Below are positions 34,135 to 45,000 of a stretch of DNA of 64,000 nucleotides, piece by piece; the first letter of the stretch is position 1, and every line of letters begins with the position of its first letter. The notes below the pieces were generated by a model that made no database searches, was not told the origin of the DNA, and saw nothing but the letters and a program-made list of their open reading frames with translations. Origin of the DNA: a virus. Lineage: Duplodnaviria > Heunggongvirae > Uroviricota > Caudoviricetes. The translations under genes and the position numbers were made by a program. The stretch spans positions 1-64,000 of the IMG/VR virus record IMGVR_UViG_2936390555_000003. One strand, given 5' to 3'.

Positions 34135-35427
34135 TTGTTTAACAGTGTAAGAAAGTATTTGGCAAGTGTAATCACGCCACCGTTGATGAAACTGCTTCCA
34201 ACGGACAGGTATGGGACACGGCTGCCACAGAATGTCAAAACGAAATCTGTTTTGCCAAAGAACCCTACCGTGAGGCAGCTACGGAATTTCTCACGAGAGC
34301 CTATTGTGCGCAAGGCAATCATGATTGTACAGGATGCCCTTGCCAGACAGGATTACCGCATTGATGTAATCGGTGGGCGAGGGAAATGCACAAGGCAGAT
34401 TGCAGTGCTAAAGAATATCATCGAACATCCAAACGTGATTGACAGTAAAGACTCGTTCATCAAGAGAATACTTGATGATGCGCTGGTACTCGATGCCATG
34501 ACTGTGGAAATCGCGAGGTCAGAGGATGCGAGCCATCCATTGTTCCTTTATCCGATTGATGGGAGCACCATTCAGCATCTAACTCCGTGTTGCTATTCAG
34601 ATCCGGATGCTGCAAGGTATTGCCAGCAGCAAGCGGATGGTATGAAATACTTTACAGCCAAGGAGGTTGCGTATCTTCAGCGTGAGTATTTCACTTATCA
34701 GCCTTATGGACTGAGCCCTGTCATGACCGCCTACAGGTACATTGATTACTATCTGTCAGCAGTTGACCAGAGCAATTCCAAAGCCACAAACGGCACAGCG
34801 GATTATCTGATTGACCTGAAGGATGTGTCCAATGATGAGCGTGAGAGATTCATCCAGTATTTCAATGAAGAAATTGAAGGTACTGGCAAGATACCGATTA
34901 TCAACGGTACAGAAATTGAAACCAAGCAGATACGGTCGAGCTTCGGTGAATCCAGTTATCTCAACTGGCAGGACAAGCTGACTGCGATTATCGGTGTGGC
35001 TTTTGGACTGCCACCTGAAAAACTTGGGTTGATGATTGCTAATGACAGAAGCACCGGTGAAGACCAGGAGAATACAGTGATGCAGGAATTGATTAAGCCT
35101 TATGCTTCCATGTATGAGGACTTGATTAACACGTATGTCATTGGCGCACTTGGCTGGGGAGGCATCCTTAAATTCCGATTGGTATACGAGGAATCCGAAC
35201 AGCAGAAGACCATAAAGTCCAAACGATTGATTGATGAATACTATCGCGGTGCCATTACTGAGAACGAGTTCCGTGACAATATGGGCTATCCTCAGAGCGA
35301 CAGTCCTTATGCTTCCTTGACCTATCCGGAGAAAACCGTGAAGATTAATGTGGACAACGGATTAGCTGGGGGATTCAATGGGGTTGGCAATGTAAAAGAC
35401 ACCAGCGATACCAAAAAGGATACATGA
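34135..35427 (+). CDS. portal protein
   Basis: 430 aa, immediately after terL. RBS GAGGTGAGAAA before TTG start. Portal-like size and position. Confidence 0.7.
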   Translation: MFNSVRKYLASVITPPLMKLLPTDRYGTRLPQNVKTKSVLPKNPTVRQLRNFSREPIVRKAIMIVQDALARQDYRIDVIGGRGKCTRQIAVLKNIIEHPNVIDSKDSFIKRILDDALVLDAMTVEIARSEDASHPLFLYPIDGSTIQHLTPCCYSDPDAARYCQQQADGMKYFTAKEVAYLQREYFTYQPYGLSPVMTAYRYIDYYLSAVDQSNSKATNGTADYLIDLKDVSNDERERFIQYFNEEIEGTGKIPIINGTEIETKQIRSSFGESSYLNWQDKLTAIIGVAFGLPPEKLGLMIANDRSTGEDQENTVMQELIKPYASMYEDLINTYVIGALGWGGILKFRLVYEESEQQKTIKSKRLIDEYYRGAITENEFRDNMGYPQSDSPYASLTYPEKTVKINVDNGLAGGFNGVGNVKDTSDTKKDT

Positions 35428-35442
35428 AAGGTGGTGAGATAA

Positions 35443-36462
35443 ATGGAGAAAATCAAGGCATCACTTAGTAATGTAACCCTATCCAAAGAAAAGAACCTGA
35501 TGATTATCAATGGATGCATCGCCAAAATCGGTGAGCCAAGCACTGGCGCGCCGTGCGGTTCAGGTGGCTACAACGTATGCTTCACACAGGAATCTGTTGA
35601 TGCATGTGGTAAGAGCTTCGTTGGTATGCCTGTCAACTGCGTGCTCCCTGCTGGCATATGGGGCGATGGTGCTGACGAATGTTACGCGCCAGAGGAAGTC
35701 CTGTCCGGGCATGGAGATACCATCATTGGCTTTGTTCGCAAATGCAAAGCACAGGATGACAACATCATGGCAGAGATTGTCATGTGGAAAGAAAAGTACC
35801 CGTGGCTGGCAGAGCTTACCGTCAATACGATGGACTCATTAGGTTTTAGCGTTGAGATGTACCCGACCAAGGTACACAACGATGACAAGAATAATATCCA
35901 ATACATTGATGAATTTGAGGGCGTTGGCTGTGCAATGCTATGGAGCAATGTGGCAGCGTTTTCCCAGACGTTCATCGATAAGATTGCAGCGATGAGGAGT
36001 GATAATAATATGGATGAAAAGATGAAGAATGAGATTGCGGAGCAGGTAAAGGCTTCCGTAGCAGAGACCGCAGAACAGATTCGGGTTTCCCTTGAGGAGA
36101 CTGTTAATGGCTTGGTAGAATCTGTGGCTGCCATTAGCGAGACTGTGAATAACCTGACGAAAGCACAGGCTGAACCAGAGGAGCCGGAGGTACCAGCTGA
36201 TGAGCCGGAGGAACCGGTGAAGGCTTCCGATGAGACTGAGCAGACTATTGCTGACCTGAAGGCTACCGTTGAGGCACTGAAGGCTTCCATCGAAAAGCCA
36301 AGCATCCCTGAGCCAAAGGCTGGTCAGAAGGCACAGGCAAATCCTAACCTGGATGCACCGAGCGACAAGGCTGAGAGGATTAAACAGATTAATGCATCTT
36401 CCATGTCAGCCATGGAGAAGCTGCGTGCCATTGCCCGTCTGAACATTAAGAAAGAAGGTTGA
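35443..36462 (+). CDS. prohead protease (HK97/S78-like) fused to a C-terminal coiled-coil scaffold-like region
   Basis: Protease-like segments LSGHGDTIIGFV...DSLGFSVEMY. C-terminal Ala/Glu-rich helical region. Between portal and the major capsid protein. Confidence 0.55.
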   Translation: MEKIKASLSNVTLSKEKNLMIINGCIAKIGEPSTGAPCGSGGYNVCFTQESVDACGKSFVGMPVNCVLPAGIWGDGADECYAPEEVLSGHGDTIIGFVRKCKAQDDNIMAEIVMWKEKYPWLAELTVNTMDSLGFSVEMYPTKVHNDDKNNIQYIDEFEGVGCAMLWSNVAAFSQTFIDKIAAMRSDNNMDEKMKNEIAEQVKASVAETAEQIRVSLEETVNGLVESVAAISETVNNLTKAQAEPEEPEVPADEPEEPVKASDETEQTIADLKATVEALKASIEKPSIPEPKAGQKAQANPNLDAPSDKAERIKQINASSMSAMEKLRAIARLNIKKEG

Positions 36463-36468
36463 TAAACT

Positions 36469-37494
36469 ATGTACAATAGAAAGCTTTATAGAGCATCTGA
36501 GAGCCCGATTAACTACGTAAACCAGGGGCACGTAATGATTATTGGTGATTACGACCACGTGCTGAAGGATTACCTGAAGCGTGATTTTGCGATTGACTTC
36601 AAGGTGAACCATGTCCAGGCACTTGGCTATCCGCATGTATGGAATGAGCAGAAGGCAATTCCTGAGAATACTAAGGCCGTTGACCCGCGCGCTGGCTTTG
36701 GCACTAAGGAGACCCCTTCTTATCGTCCGACTACCCTGAACGCCAACTACGACCGTGATAACTGGAAGCAGGCATTTGCCCGTTGCTATATCACTGGTAT
36801 CCGTTATGACTTCTTCGACAAGAAGTTGGAGGAGACCTATGGCGTTATGGAAGACCTGATTGCGAAGGACTACAACGATATGTTCGTTGACTTCTCCCGT
36901 AAGACTGCAAATGATTTTTGGAATGGCACTGGCACCCTCGCTGGTACCACTGAGAACGACCTTGTGTACTGCGGTGTACTGAGCCAGATTACTGACAAGA
37001 CTGCCATCGTTTCCGGCGCAAACATTGCAGATGCCCTGACCACCAAGATTACTTCCTTGATGACTCGCCTGGATTACACCAACTACCCTGATGTTATCTG
37101 CATGAACCCTGCAACCTATGACATCATCATGAAGCAGGAGCAGAACAGGGACATCTATTCCAAGCCGGTTGACATGGAGATTATCCCTGGTATTTCCGTG
37201 CCAGCGTTCTACACTCCGATGGGCAAGCTGCCAATCGTATTGACTCCGTTCATCAAGCCGGTTACCGGTAGTGGCAAGACCACTCACTCCATTGTTGCTC
37301 TGAACACTTCCATGATTGATAAGCTGTACATGTTCAATGATGGTCCTCAGACCTACGAGATTGCCAACCCTGACAATCCGCTGGCCAATGACCGTCTGCT
37401 GACTGACAAGTTTGTCATGGACTTTGCGAACTACATTGTTCACGGCGCACACACCGGTGCACACTTCATCATGACCTATGAGGTAACTGCATAA
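36469..37494 (+). CDS. major capsid protein (HK97-fold), putative
   Basis: 341 aa directly after the protease/scaffold gene. RBS upstream. Abundant-protein codon usage. The long antisense ORF 36406..37464 was rejected. Confidence 0.65.
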   Translation: MYNRKLYRASESPINYVNQGHVMIIGDYDHVLKDYLKRDFAIDFKVNHVQALGYPHVWNEQKAIPENTKAVDPRAGFGTKETPSYRPTTLNANYDRDNWKQAFARCYITGIRYDFFDKKLEETYGVMEDLIAKDYNDMFVDFSRKTANDFWNGTGTLAGTTENDLVYCGVLSQITDKTAIVSGANIADALTTKITSLMTRLDYTNYPDVICMNPATYDIIMKQEQNRDIYSKPVDMEIIPGISVPAFYTPMGKLPIVLTPFIKPVTGSGKTTHSIVALNTSMIDKLYMFNDGPQTYEIANPDNPLANDRLLTDKFVMDFANYIVHGAHTGAHFIMTYEVTA

Positions 37495-37541
37495 GCAGGG
37501 GGCTACTAAGCCTCCTGTTTATCTTATGAAGGAGAATTGAT

Positions 37542-37727
37542 ATGGCAAGAACTACTAAGGCAACCACTAAGGTTGCAGAAAAGGAAAACATCGTTACTCA
37601 GGAGTATGAACTGCTTGAGCAGTACAAGGACTTCACGCACATCATGGTGAATGGTACACTTGTCCCTGTCCATGGTGGCAAGGTTATCCTGGGTAATCCT
37701 GATATGGCAAAAGGATTATTGAAATGA
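37542..37727 (+). CDS. hypothetical small head-associated protein (61 aa)
   Basis: RBS GAAGGAGAATTGAT. Confidence 0.5.
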   Translation: MARTTKATTKVAEKENIVTQEYELLEQYKDFTHIMVNGTLVPVHGGKVILGNPDMAKGLLK

Positions 37728-38284
37728 GTTACATAAAGGAAAGCGAGATACCAATCTACTGCGGTCTTGTCCGTGGCGTGACCATGGAGCATGTGGAAGC
37801 AGCGACAACTTTGATTGATGCGTACAAAGGTACTAGCTTTCTCCCGGTTCAGCATGTGGAGCGTGTGGAGCTGAAGCAACGCCGTGGGGAATACCGTGGC
37901 AAGCTTAATCATTTCCCTCGCATCTGCATTGATAAAATCACAGCCAAGGCTCGCAGTATTTTCGGTGAACAGAAATTGGAACTCCCGGTGGATTGCATCG
38001 ACTTTGACGATGACCTTTCGTTGTACTTCACGTTTACCATGCCTCGTGAGCTGATGTTCAGGCAGGTTCCATAGAACATAAACATTGTTTATCACAGTGG
38101 CTACAATGTAATCCCTGAACAGCTCAAGAGGGCGTGTGGCATCCTTGCTTGCAATATCAAGCAGATGGGCGGTGTCATGCGGTGGAAGCAACGTGATGAC
38201 TACGACATAAAGGTTACTCTGTCAGACGAAGGCGTGTTCACAGAAGAAATAAAGGTTATGCTTAGAGGAGTTGAGATACGATGA
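37724..38284 (+). CDS. head-tail connector (gp6-like); 1 in-frame TAG (38072-38074)
   Basis: ORF 37724..38074 continues in frame after TAG: ...FRQVP-TAG-NINIVYHSGYNVIPEQLKRACGILACNIKQMGGV..., which matches the gp6-like C-terminal motif (ipe.lk.A.lll...). Ends at TGA 38282-38284, overlapping the next ATG. Confidence 0.55.
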
Positions 38285-38856
38285 GCAGTGTACTTGAATT
38301 TTACTCAGATAGACTTGAGCGATTACAGTGTGAGCGTGGCTTCATCGAGGAAGGGCTCATGCTGCGCAGAGGTAAAACTCAGAACCCATACACAATCTCT
38401 GACCACAAGAACGTCATTGTTCCTCTTGGGACGAAGATTGCAAATGGCGACCTCATAAAACGCATCGACCATGAGTTGCAAGACCAGTTTATCATCGTTG
38501 CAAAGCAGATTGGAGCTGACTGCGTATCCATGCAGGGCAAGCGTATCAATTCCTTTATTGATATTTACCAGATTAGCAACAAGCTGGATGACCATCATCG
38601 CAAGGTTGGCTTGAAGGAAGAGCTTGTTCTCAAGAATGTTCCTTCGTACTGCGAAGACCAATCAGCATACAATCAGTTCTATGATGCCGGTTATCTTCCA
38701 AAGGTTGTAAAGAAATTCTTTGTGCAGCCTGACGACAGAATAAAGGATATGCAGCGCATCAAGAGTGAAGATGGTGTATTCCAAATTGACGGTATCACCA
38801 AAGAAAAATACCGTGATGTTTGGGTAATACAGGTTTCGGAGGATGCCAGGAAATGA
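38281..38856 (+). CDS. hypothetical head/neck protein (191 aa)
   Basis: Operon context. No TAG. Confidence 0.55.
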   Translation: MSSVLEFYSDRLERLQCERGFIEEGLMLRRGKTQNPYTISDHKNVIVPLGTKIANGDLIKRIDHELQDQFIIVAKQIGADCVSMQGKRINSFIDIYQISNKLDDHHRKVGLKEELVLKNVPSYCEDQSAYNQFYDAGYLPKVVKKFFVQPDDRIKDMQRIKSEDGVFQIDGITKEKYRDVWVIQVSEDARK

Positions 38857-39722
38857 ATGAGAGGCTTTAGAAAAGAATGGAGAGATGCCTTCGCAAGTTT
38901 GCCCGTGCAAAGAAGAAGGAATTTTACCATAAGATGAACAAGACCGCAAAGCAGTACAAGAAAGATCGTGGTGAAATTCATTTTGAATCAGAGGTTTCTT
39001 CCACTATGGGTAAGGCAAAGTTATCATTAGCTGCCTATGGTCAGAGAGTATGGACATTCGAGTATGGCAAGGGTAAAGGCACTGGCACATTCGAGAAAAC
39101 GAATTATACTTTACCAACATCGTTCCATAAGACAAAAATATTCAGGCAATACACTGGTAATCCTGCGAGAAACCCAATGCGAAAAGTTTACCAGCTATAT
39201 GCCAATAGGCCTTCTAAGCGTAAAAACAAAATCACTGTTAGACGCAAGAGGGGGGATGTTGTTCAGGAATACGAAATGAGCTATCCAAAGCTTATCAGTA
39301 CACCGATTAAGAGCAATCGTGTAATGGATAAGAATGGGCTCATGAGGCTCATGACGAAGAAAGAACAACTTGCCGAAAGCAACATTGGCTGGAGACAGCA
39401 AATCATAGGATTGTTTACGATTTACTCTCGACCGGGTACTTACACCGACCTCGATGGTAAATAGCATACATCCGATGCTAAAGCTGTGTTCGACTTAGAA
39501 AAACCTAATAAGCATGGGGTACTAAAGAGGCCCAAGCTCTCTCATCCAGGTAGAGCCTATGTTACCAACTTGTTTGAATATGACTTTGTGCGAGAGAAGC
39601 CTCGGATATTCCCCGACAGGTCTAAAGCTCCTGATTGGACATTGCATGGCTTCTGCAAGCAAGCTAACGAGGAGATAAAGGAATACGCTGAAAACGTGTT
39701 TGAGGAATTAGGATTTAAATGA
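38853..39722 (+). CDS. hypothetical basic neck/tail protein; 2 in-frame TAG (38868, 39462) if started at 38853 (alternative start 38877)
   Basis: ORFs 38877..39464 and 39486..39722 share a frame and are separated only by TAG 39462-39464 plus 7 codons. RBS GGAGGATGCCAGGAA before ATG 38853. Confidence 0.45.
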
Positions 39723-40114
39723 ATGCATTTGAGTATGTAGACACACTTTGGTTCCTGTGTGCAGAAAATGAAGAACTAAGGGACCTGCTTAACATAAGCG
39801 AAGATGAGGATTACTCATTGAAGATAAGGCAAGAGGATGTATCAGCGGAGGGTTATGATGCAGACAAGCTTCCATTTATCGCAATGTATTTTTATGAAGC
39901 TTGGACGACTTATAATGACTTTGCTAATCTTGGCTACTTGTACATTGACATATATGCGCCGACACGCGAGGCTGTCCCTGCGATACGAAAGATAATCGTA
40001 GACACAATGCATGAGCATTTTAATGAGAGGGTTCGCAACGAAGGACAACAGCAAAGCGGTGTACATGCAGTGTATAAATACAGATTAGAATTTACTCCTC
40101 TGATTTCCACATAA
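39719..40114 (+). CDS. hypothetical tail-completion-like protein (131 aa)
   Basis: Operon context. ATGA overlap with the upstream stop. Confidence 0.5.
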   Translation: MNAFEYVDTLWFLCAENEELRDLLNISEDEDYSLKIRQEDVSAEGYDADKLPFIAMYFYEAWTTYNDFANLGYLYIDIYAPTREAVPAIRKIIVDTMHEHFNERVRNEGQQQSGVHAVYKYRLEFTPLIST

Positions 40115-40131
40115 GAAAGGATGATGTATAT

Positions 40132-40902
40132 ATGGCTAACGTAGCAAACATTTTGAACACCCCAGTATTGCTCCATGGTATCGGTAAGGGCGTACTCAAG
40201 ACCGTATAGGGCAAGATTCTTGAGTTCACCACTGCTCAGTCCATGAAGCTGAATGTTACCACCTCCTCCGAGGATGTATACGGTGGTGACTCCCTGTTCC
40301 CTCTGTACACCTACCTGACTCAGAAGGAAGGCACCGTTGAGATTACCAACGCTGACTTCAAGCTTTCCCAGGTTGATATTGCACAGGGTACCAAGACCAG
40401 CACTACTGGCAACAAGCGCAACTACATGGTAAAGATTACCAAGGACAGCTCCAAGCTGACCGATGATTCCGTTCCTGTAACTGGTGTTGAGGTTATTGCG
40501 ATGGTAGGTCCTGATGGTAAGAGCGTACCTGTAGCAACCGATGCTGGCGATGATGTTGTTGCAATTTCCGCTACCGGTGCGATTACCGTTGGCACTAACG
40601 TAACTCTGGATGAGGGCGAGTACAACGTATGGTTCCGTGCTGACAGCTCCGCATCCGTGGCAGCTGAGATGCTGAAGAACGCTATGCCAGAGGTATCCGA
40701 GTTCACTTGGATGTTCACCACCGAGGATGCAGATGGCAACAAGTATCAGATTGACATCTATGCCCGTCGTGTCCGTGCAAACGGTGAGCTGGCTATTGAG
40801 ACCGCACGTGATTCCGCAAGCACTCCTACCTTGACTGTCAAGATTCTTGACCCAGGCGATGGCAGGGATGACTTTGCAACCATTACTATCACTAAGCTGT
40901 GA
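40132..40902 (+). CDS. major tail protein, putative; 1 in-frame TAG (40207-40209)
   Basis: MANVANILNTPVLLHGIGKGVLKTV-TAG-GKILEFTT... runs in frame into ORF 40243..40902. Followed by a strong terminator (high-expression gene architecture). Precedes the G/GT chaperones. Confidence 0.55.
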
Positions 40903-40908
40903 GAATGA

Positions 40909-40946
40909 AAGGGGAGGGCTGACTGCTCTCCCCGTTATTTTTTTAT
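40909..40946 (+). terminator. rho-independent terminator (GGGGAGGGCTGACTGCTCTCCCC + TTATTTTTTT)
   Basis: GC-rich hairpin 40911-40933 followed by a T-run. Confidence 0.7.
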
Positions 40947-41189
40947 AGCTACTGTATTACAGCTATGAGTAATTATTATGGTGAACTATAACACAGGAGA
41001 AAGTTGCGCTGATGATGGAACAGGGTAAATCCATCCTATATTTACAGTTTCATGGAAGCTGTAGTCCACATGGGGGACTTAATGATACCCATGCCACAAG
41101 GCAGATACCGAGGCTGACAACCAGCATAAAACTCCTGTGAACATAAATAACCGAGCAGTAATTGCTGCTTTTTTATTGGAGGGATTTAT

Positions 41190-41468
41190 ATGAAGAAAAT
41201 ATTATTGATGGTAATAATGTTACTGAGCTTTAATGGCGTATGCAGTGCAAGCGATGGGAATAACATTGGCGTGGACAGGTTTGCCCACTTTGGCATTTAG
41301 TATGTCATTTGCGACCAGTTGCATCGCAATGCTGGCATGAATAAGTTCTGGGCTGGCGTGACCACGCTGGCTATCGGCGCAGCTAAGGAAGCCTTTGTGG
41401 ATGACCACTGGGATGGCGGTGACTTTGCAGCTGATTGCGCCGGTACATTTCTTTGCGTAACATTTTAA
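41190..41468 (+). CDS. small secreted/lipoprotein-like protein (92 aa); 1 in-frame TAG (41298-41300)
   Basis: Strong RBS TTGGAGGGATTTAT. Signal peptide MKKILLMVIMLLSFNGVCSA. The frame continues through TAG to TAA 41466-41468. Antisense ORFs in the track were rejected. Confidence 0.45.
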
Positions 41469-41482
41469 TCGGAGGGATTACT

Positions 41483-41848
41483 ATGGAAACAAACACTATT
41501 TCTATGTATGAAACTGTTATTGACAGGAACAACAAGAAGCACAAGGTATTTTCCGTGCGCTTCAAGGACTTACAGATTGTAACCTCTTTTACAGAGAAAT
41601 ACAATCCTGACTTTTTGACCATGTACCTTCTGGCTCCTGTAAGCGAGGATGGCGAGGTAGTCAAGGATAAGGATGGTAACATTGACTATAACAACGGCTT
41701 CAAGGATGACCTGCTGGAGATTATTGAATGCGCCTTGGATTATCGCGAGAGCCGTGAGCAGATAGAGGAATGGTTGGACATGGCAATCGCTAAGGAGATT
41801 ATCAATACTTTCCTTGGGCTTTCCCAGTTCAAAAAAAAAGCGATGTAA
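41483..41848 (+). CDS. tail assembly chaperone (gpG-like)
   Basis: RBS TCGGAGGGATTACT. Located between the major tail protein and tape measure. Ends ...QFKKKAM with an A9 slippery run in its last codons. Confidence 0.6.
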   Translation: METNTISMYETVIDRNNKKHKVFSVRFKDLQIVTSFTEKYNPDFLTMYLLAPVSEDGEVVKDKDGNIDYNNGFKDDLLEIIECALDYRESREQIEEWLDMAIAKEIINTFLGLSQFKKKAM

Positions 41849-42060
41849 AGGAAAAGACTGAATGGAGAAACCTATTTGCCTCCATTGTCCAGAACACTAG
41901 CATGACAATGGAGGATATAGGCAATCTCCGAATCAATCAGATGGAAGATTTATTGGAAGGTATGAATGAGAATGCGGAAGCATTGGAACGCGAGATGAAG
42001 GGCGAGGTAAAGCCACTGGAAGGCGATGCTGCCATTAGAAAACTTATGGGAGGGATGTAA
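41483..42060 (+). CDS. tail assembly chaperone G-T frameshift fusion product (-1 frameshift at 41831-41840)
   Basis: -1 frame reads ...KSDVKEKTEWRNLFASIVQNTSMTMEDIGNLRINQMEDLLEGMNENAEALEREMKGEVKPLEGDAAIRKLMGGM, ending just before the tape-measure ATG. Confidence 0.45.
41831..41840 (+). promoter_or_regulatory. programmed -1 ribosomal frameshift slippery site (A AAA AAA AAG)
   Basis: A9G run at the 3' end of the chaperone gene. The -1 frame is open for ~73 further codons (to TAA 42058-42060), encoding a plausible gpT-like extension. Confidence 0.5.
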
Positions 42061-42061
42061 T

Positions 42062-45000
42062 ATGGCCACAGAAAACGATAAGCCAAAACTTGGATTGGAT
42101 ATATCCATAAGCACAACGAGCGCATTTAACTAGGTTAGGCATCTGAAAGAAGAAATCCAGAAGCTCAAGAATTTAGCCGATAAAGGAATTGACTTCTCCG
42201 TAAACATTGGCAGTGTTATTAAGCAGGCGAACAGCGCACTCAAAGAGGCACGTAAATCTATTGATGACATCAAGAAGTCAGCAATGGAGGGTGGCAAACT
42301 CAAGCTTGAACTTTCAGAGACTGATATAGCAAAGATTAACCAGGGCATGACTGAGTTGCAGACTGCCATGACCAAGGCATCTACGCTGGGTATGGAGGCG
42401 TGGGCTAGAGTTGACCGCGGTATAACTAGGGCTCGCAAGAACCAGAGTGAATTTATGAGGGAAAGCTATCACACGAATTTCCAGAATTTCGCCGGTCAAT
42501 CTGAAGATCTCGTTCTGAAGACATAGAACGAAAATGTGAAGAATGCAATTGCCCATCAGATGAATAAGAAGTATTCTGAGTATGACTGGTCTGACCCGGC
42601 CAAGCTGGAAGAGGTGAGAAAAAAATTCTTTTAGCTTGTAGATTCATACAAAGATACTGCCGACCTCATGAATCCAGAGAGATTTGCAAGGTTTATTTCT
42701 GAGTATAGAGCTATAGTAGACCACGCACCTGCATCCGCGGATATAGGAGACTCCCTTAGAATATTAAAGGAGCGCAACATGGATAAAGTGTTCCAAAAGT
42801 ATTTCAAAGATACTCATATTGCAGGGATGGAAAACATTTTCAAACAGGTTGCTACGCTTGACGATAAGAACTTTGAGTCTATTAAACCGACAATAAAAGA
42901 GGCAATAGGTAATATACGTGAAGCAGGGGGTAACAGCTCTTTGTTCGCTCCACTGGCAAAGCAATACAAGGATAATCCTAGAATGCTTGATCTTTTACCA
43001 ATCTATCCTAATAAAATTATTGACTGGGACAAGATGTTATATGGCGAGGGCGCAACTAAGACCTCAGTAAATCTCGATGCACTGCATAAGGTAAGCGAGG
43101 CTTTGCGCCAGGCTATTATGGAAGTCGTTAAAAGCGTAGAGCAGATAAAGAACGCTGCTGCTACGACTGCTGTTTCAATGAATACGATAGCACCTTCATC
43201 GGCTTCTCCTGTACCGCCTGAGAAGAGCAATCTTGTAGTGCAGGTGAAGCAGGAGAACGATGAAATCCAGAAAGCCCTGAAGCAGCGTGAAGCTCTCTTG
43301 AAGCAGCTTAACGATATGAATAACCTTGTAGCTAAAAGGCCATACGAGCATCGCCTGGAAAAATTGGATAAACTGAATGCAACCCTGTCAACTAATGGCT
43401 ATGGCATACAGCTTCCAAGGTTCTATGCAAAAAGCGGTGACAAGGAAGCTACAAATGCAGCTTATGACAATTATCTCCGCGAGGCATCCGGTTACAATTC
43501 CATGCGCAAAGAGCTTACTTCCATGATGGAACGTGGTATCACGCCTACCAAGGAGCATTGGAATGAAATCAGGAATAACTATTTGTCCATGCTTGACTCC
43601 CTGAGGGAAAAGCGTTACAAGATTTCTCCGGTATCAGATGATTTTACTGGCGGAACCTATGAAAAGTTCCTTGCAAAAATGAGGGAGTTCCAGCAGACCG
43701 CAAAAGCAAATGGTATCGTACCTGTTACCGCTGATGCCCGTCAGGTCAACGAGAAAATTGCTGAGTTACGTAAAGCCTTGGCATCCCTGGAAGCATTTAG
43801 CATTAGGATTACAGCGAACACTGAGCCTATCATTAAGGCAGTTGACTCCGTGATTGCCAGATTGCAGTCTATGAAGGACGTGGCTATCACCGTAAATGCG
43901 AACACAAAGCCGTTCATAGAGGCGATAGATGCTTGCATGGCAAAGTGCAAAGAGCTCAAGCCAAATATAGAGTTCGATGCAGCAAAACTTAACACAGAGC
44001 TTGCAAAGATAAAAACTGTTCTCCCTATTGCTATTGACTTTGAGAAATATCGTGAGGAGCTTCAGAAAATCCAGAAGTACACCAATAGCTTACCACATAT
44101 GATACTCAAGGCTGGACTTGACACAAGCGAGTTCATTAAATCCGTTGAGGCTGCTAAAATTAAAGCCAAAGAAATAAAGGATATTCGTTTGAATATTGAT
44201 GCGAGCGGTGTTGAACCTGGCTATAACAAGTTCAAGGATTTCGTTGATTATGCATACAGGCACAATCCTATTGCAATTGGTGTTACAGTGAATGAAACTA
44301 GTCTCAGTGTTATTGACTTGTTGCTCAATAGGGTCCAGGCATTACAGTAGGCATCTAGGTTGCAGATTGATTTTAAGAAACTCTATGATGATATAAAGGT
44401 TCTTGAGCAGAACTGTCCTACCATTAAATTGCCTATCTCAATTGATAAAAATATGTTCAAGGAGCAGGTGGGTAAAATCGCTTCTCCAAAGATTTCCACT
44501 CAGCTCAAGATTGAACGACAGAAATTCCGTGATGAAATCAAAGATGTTGGCGAGAAACTTCCTAAGATAAAGGTGGGTATCGGAGTTGATGCAAAGGGGT
44601 TCCATGACGAAGTTAAGAACGTTGGCTCACAGCTTCCTACGGTAAAGGTTCCTGTTACAGTTGACTCGAAGTTCTTTAAGGACGAAACCGCACGCATACA
44701 GGAAATACTTGATACCATAAAACCCGTATCCATAAAGGTCAATGCTGACACACAGCAGTTCATTTCTACTATAAAGGAGTGCGTTGATGAGCTCCACAAG
44801 CTCAAGGACATAACCGTTACAGTAAAAGGTAAGAAGCCTAAAGAAAAAACAGCTGCTGTTACAGAGGATACTCCAAAGAAGGCTAAGGGGAAAGCCAAGA
44901 AGGAGATGGACTACGATGAGCTCCTTACTATGCTCAAGATAAATCAGTTTTCTGATGGTATATCGCAGAGTAAATCCACTGTAGGCGCAAGGCTCAAGAG

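Noticed and set aside
36406-37464. 352-aa ORF on the minus strand entirely inside the major capsid gene
   Set aside because: It is antisense to a well-supported + strand gene (RBS, operon position, capsid-module synteny). It has no RBS or start context. Long antisense ORFs are common opposite highly biased structural genes.
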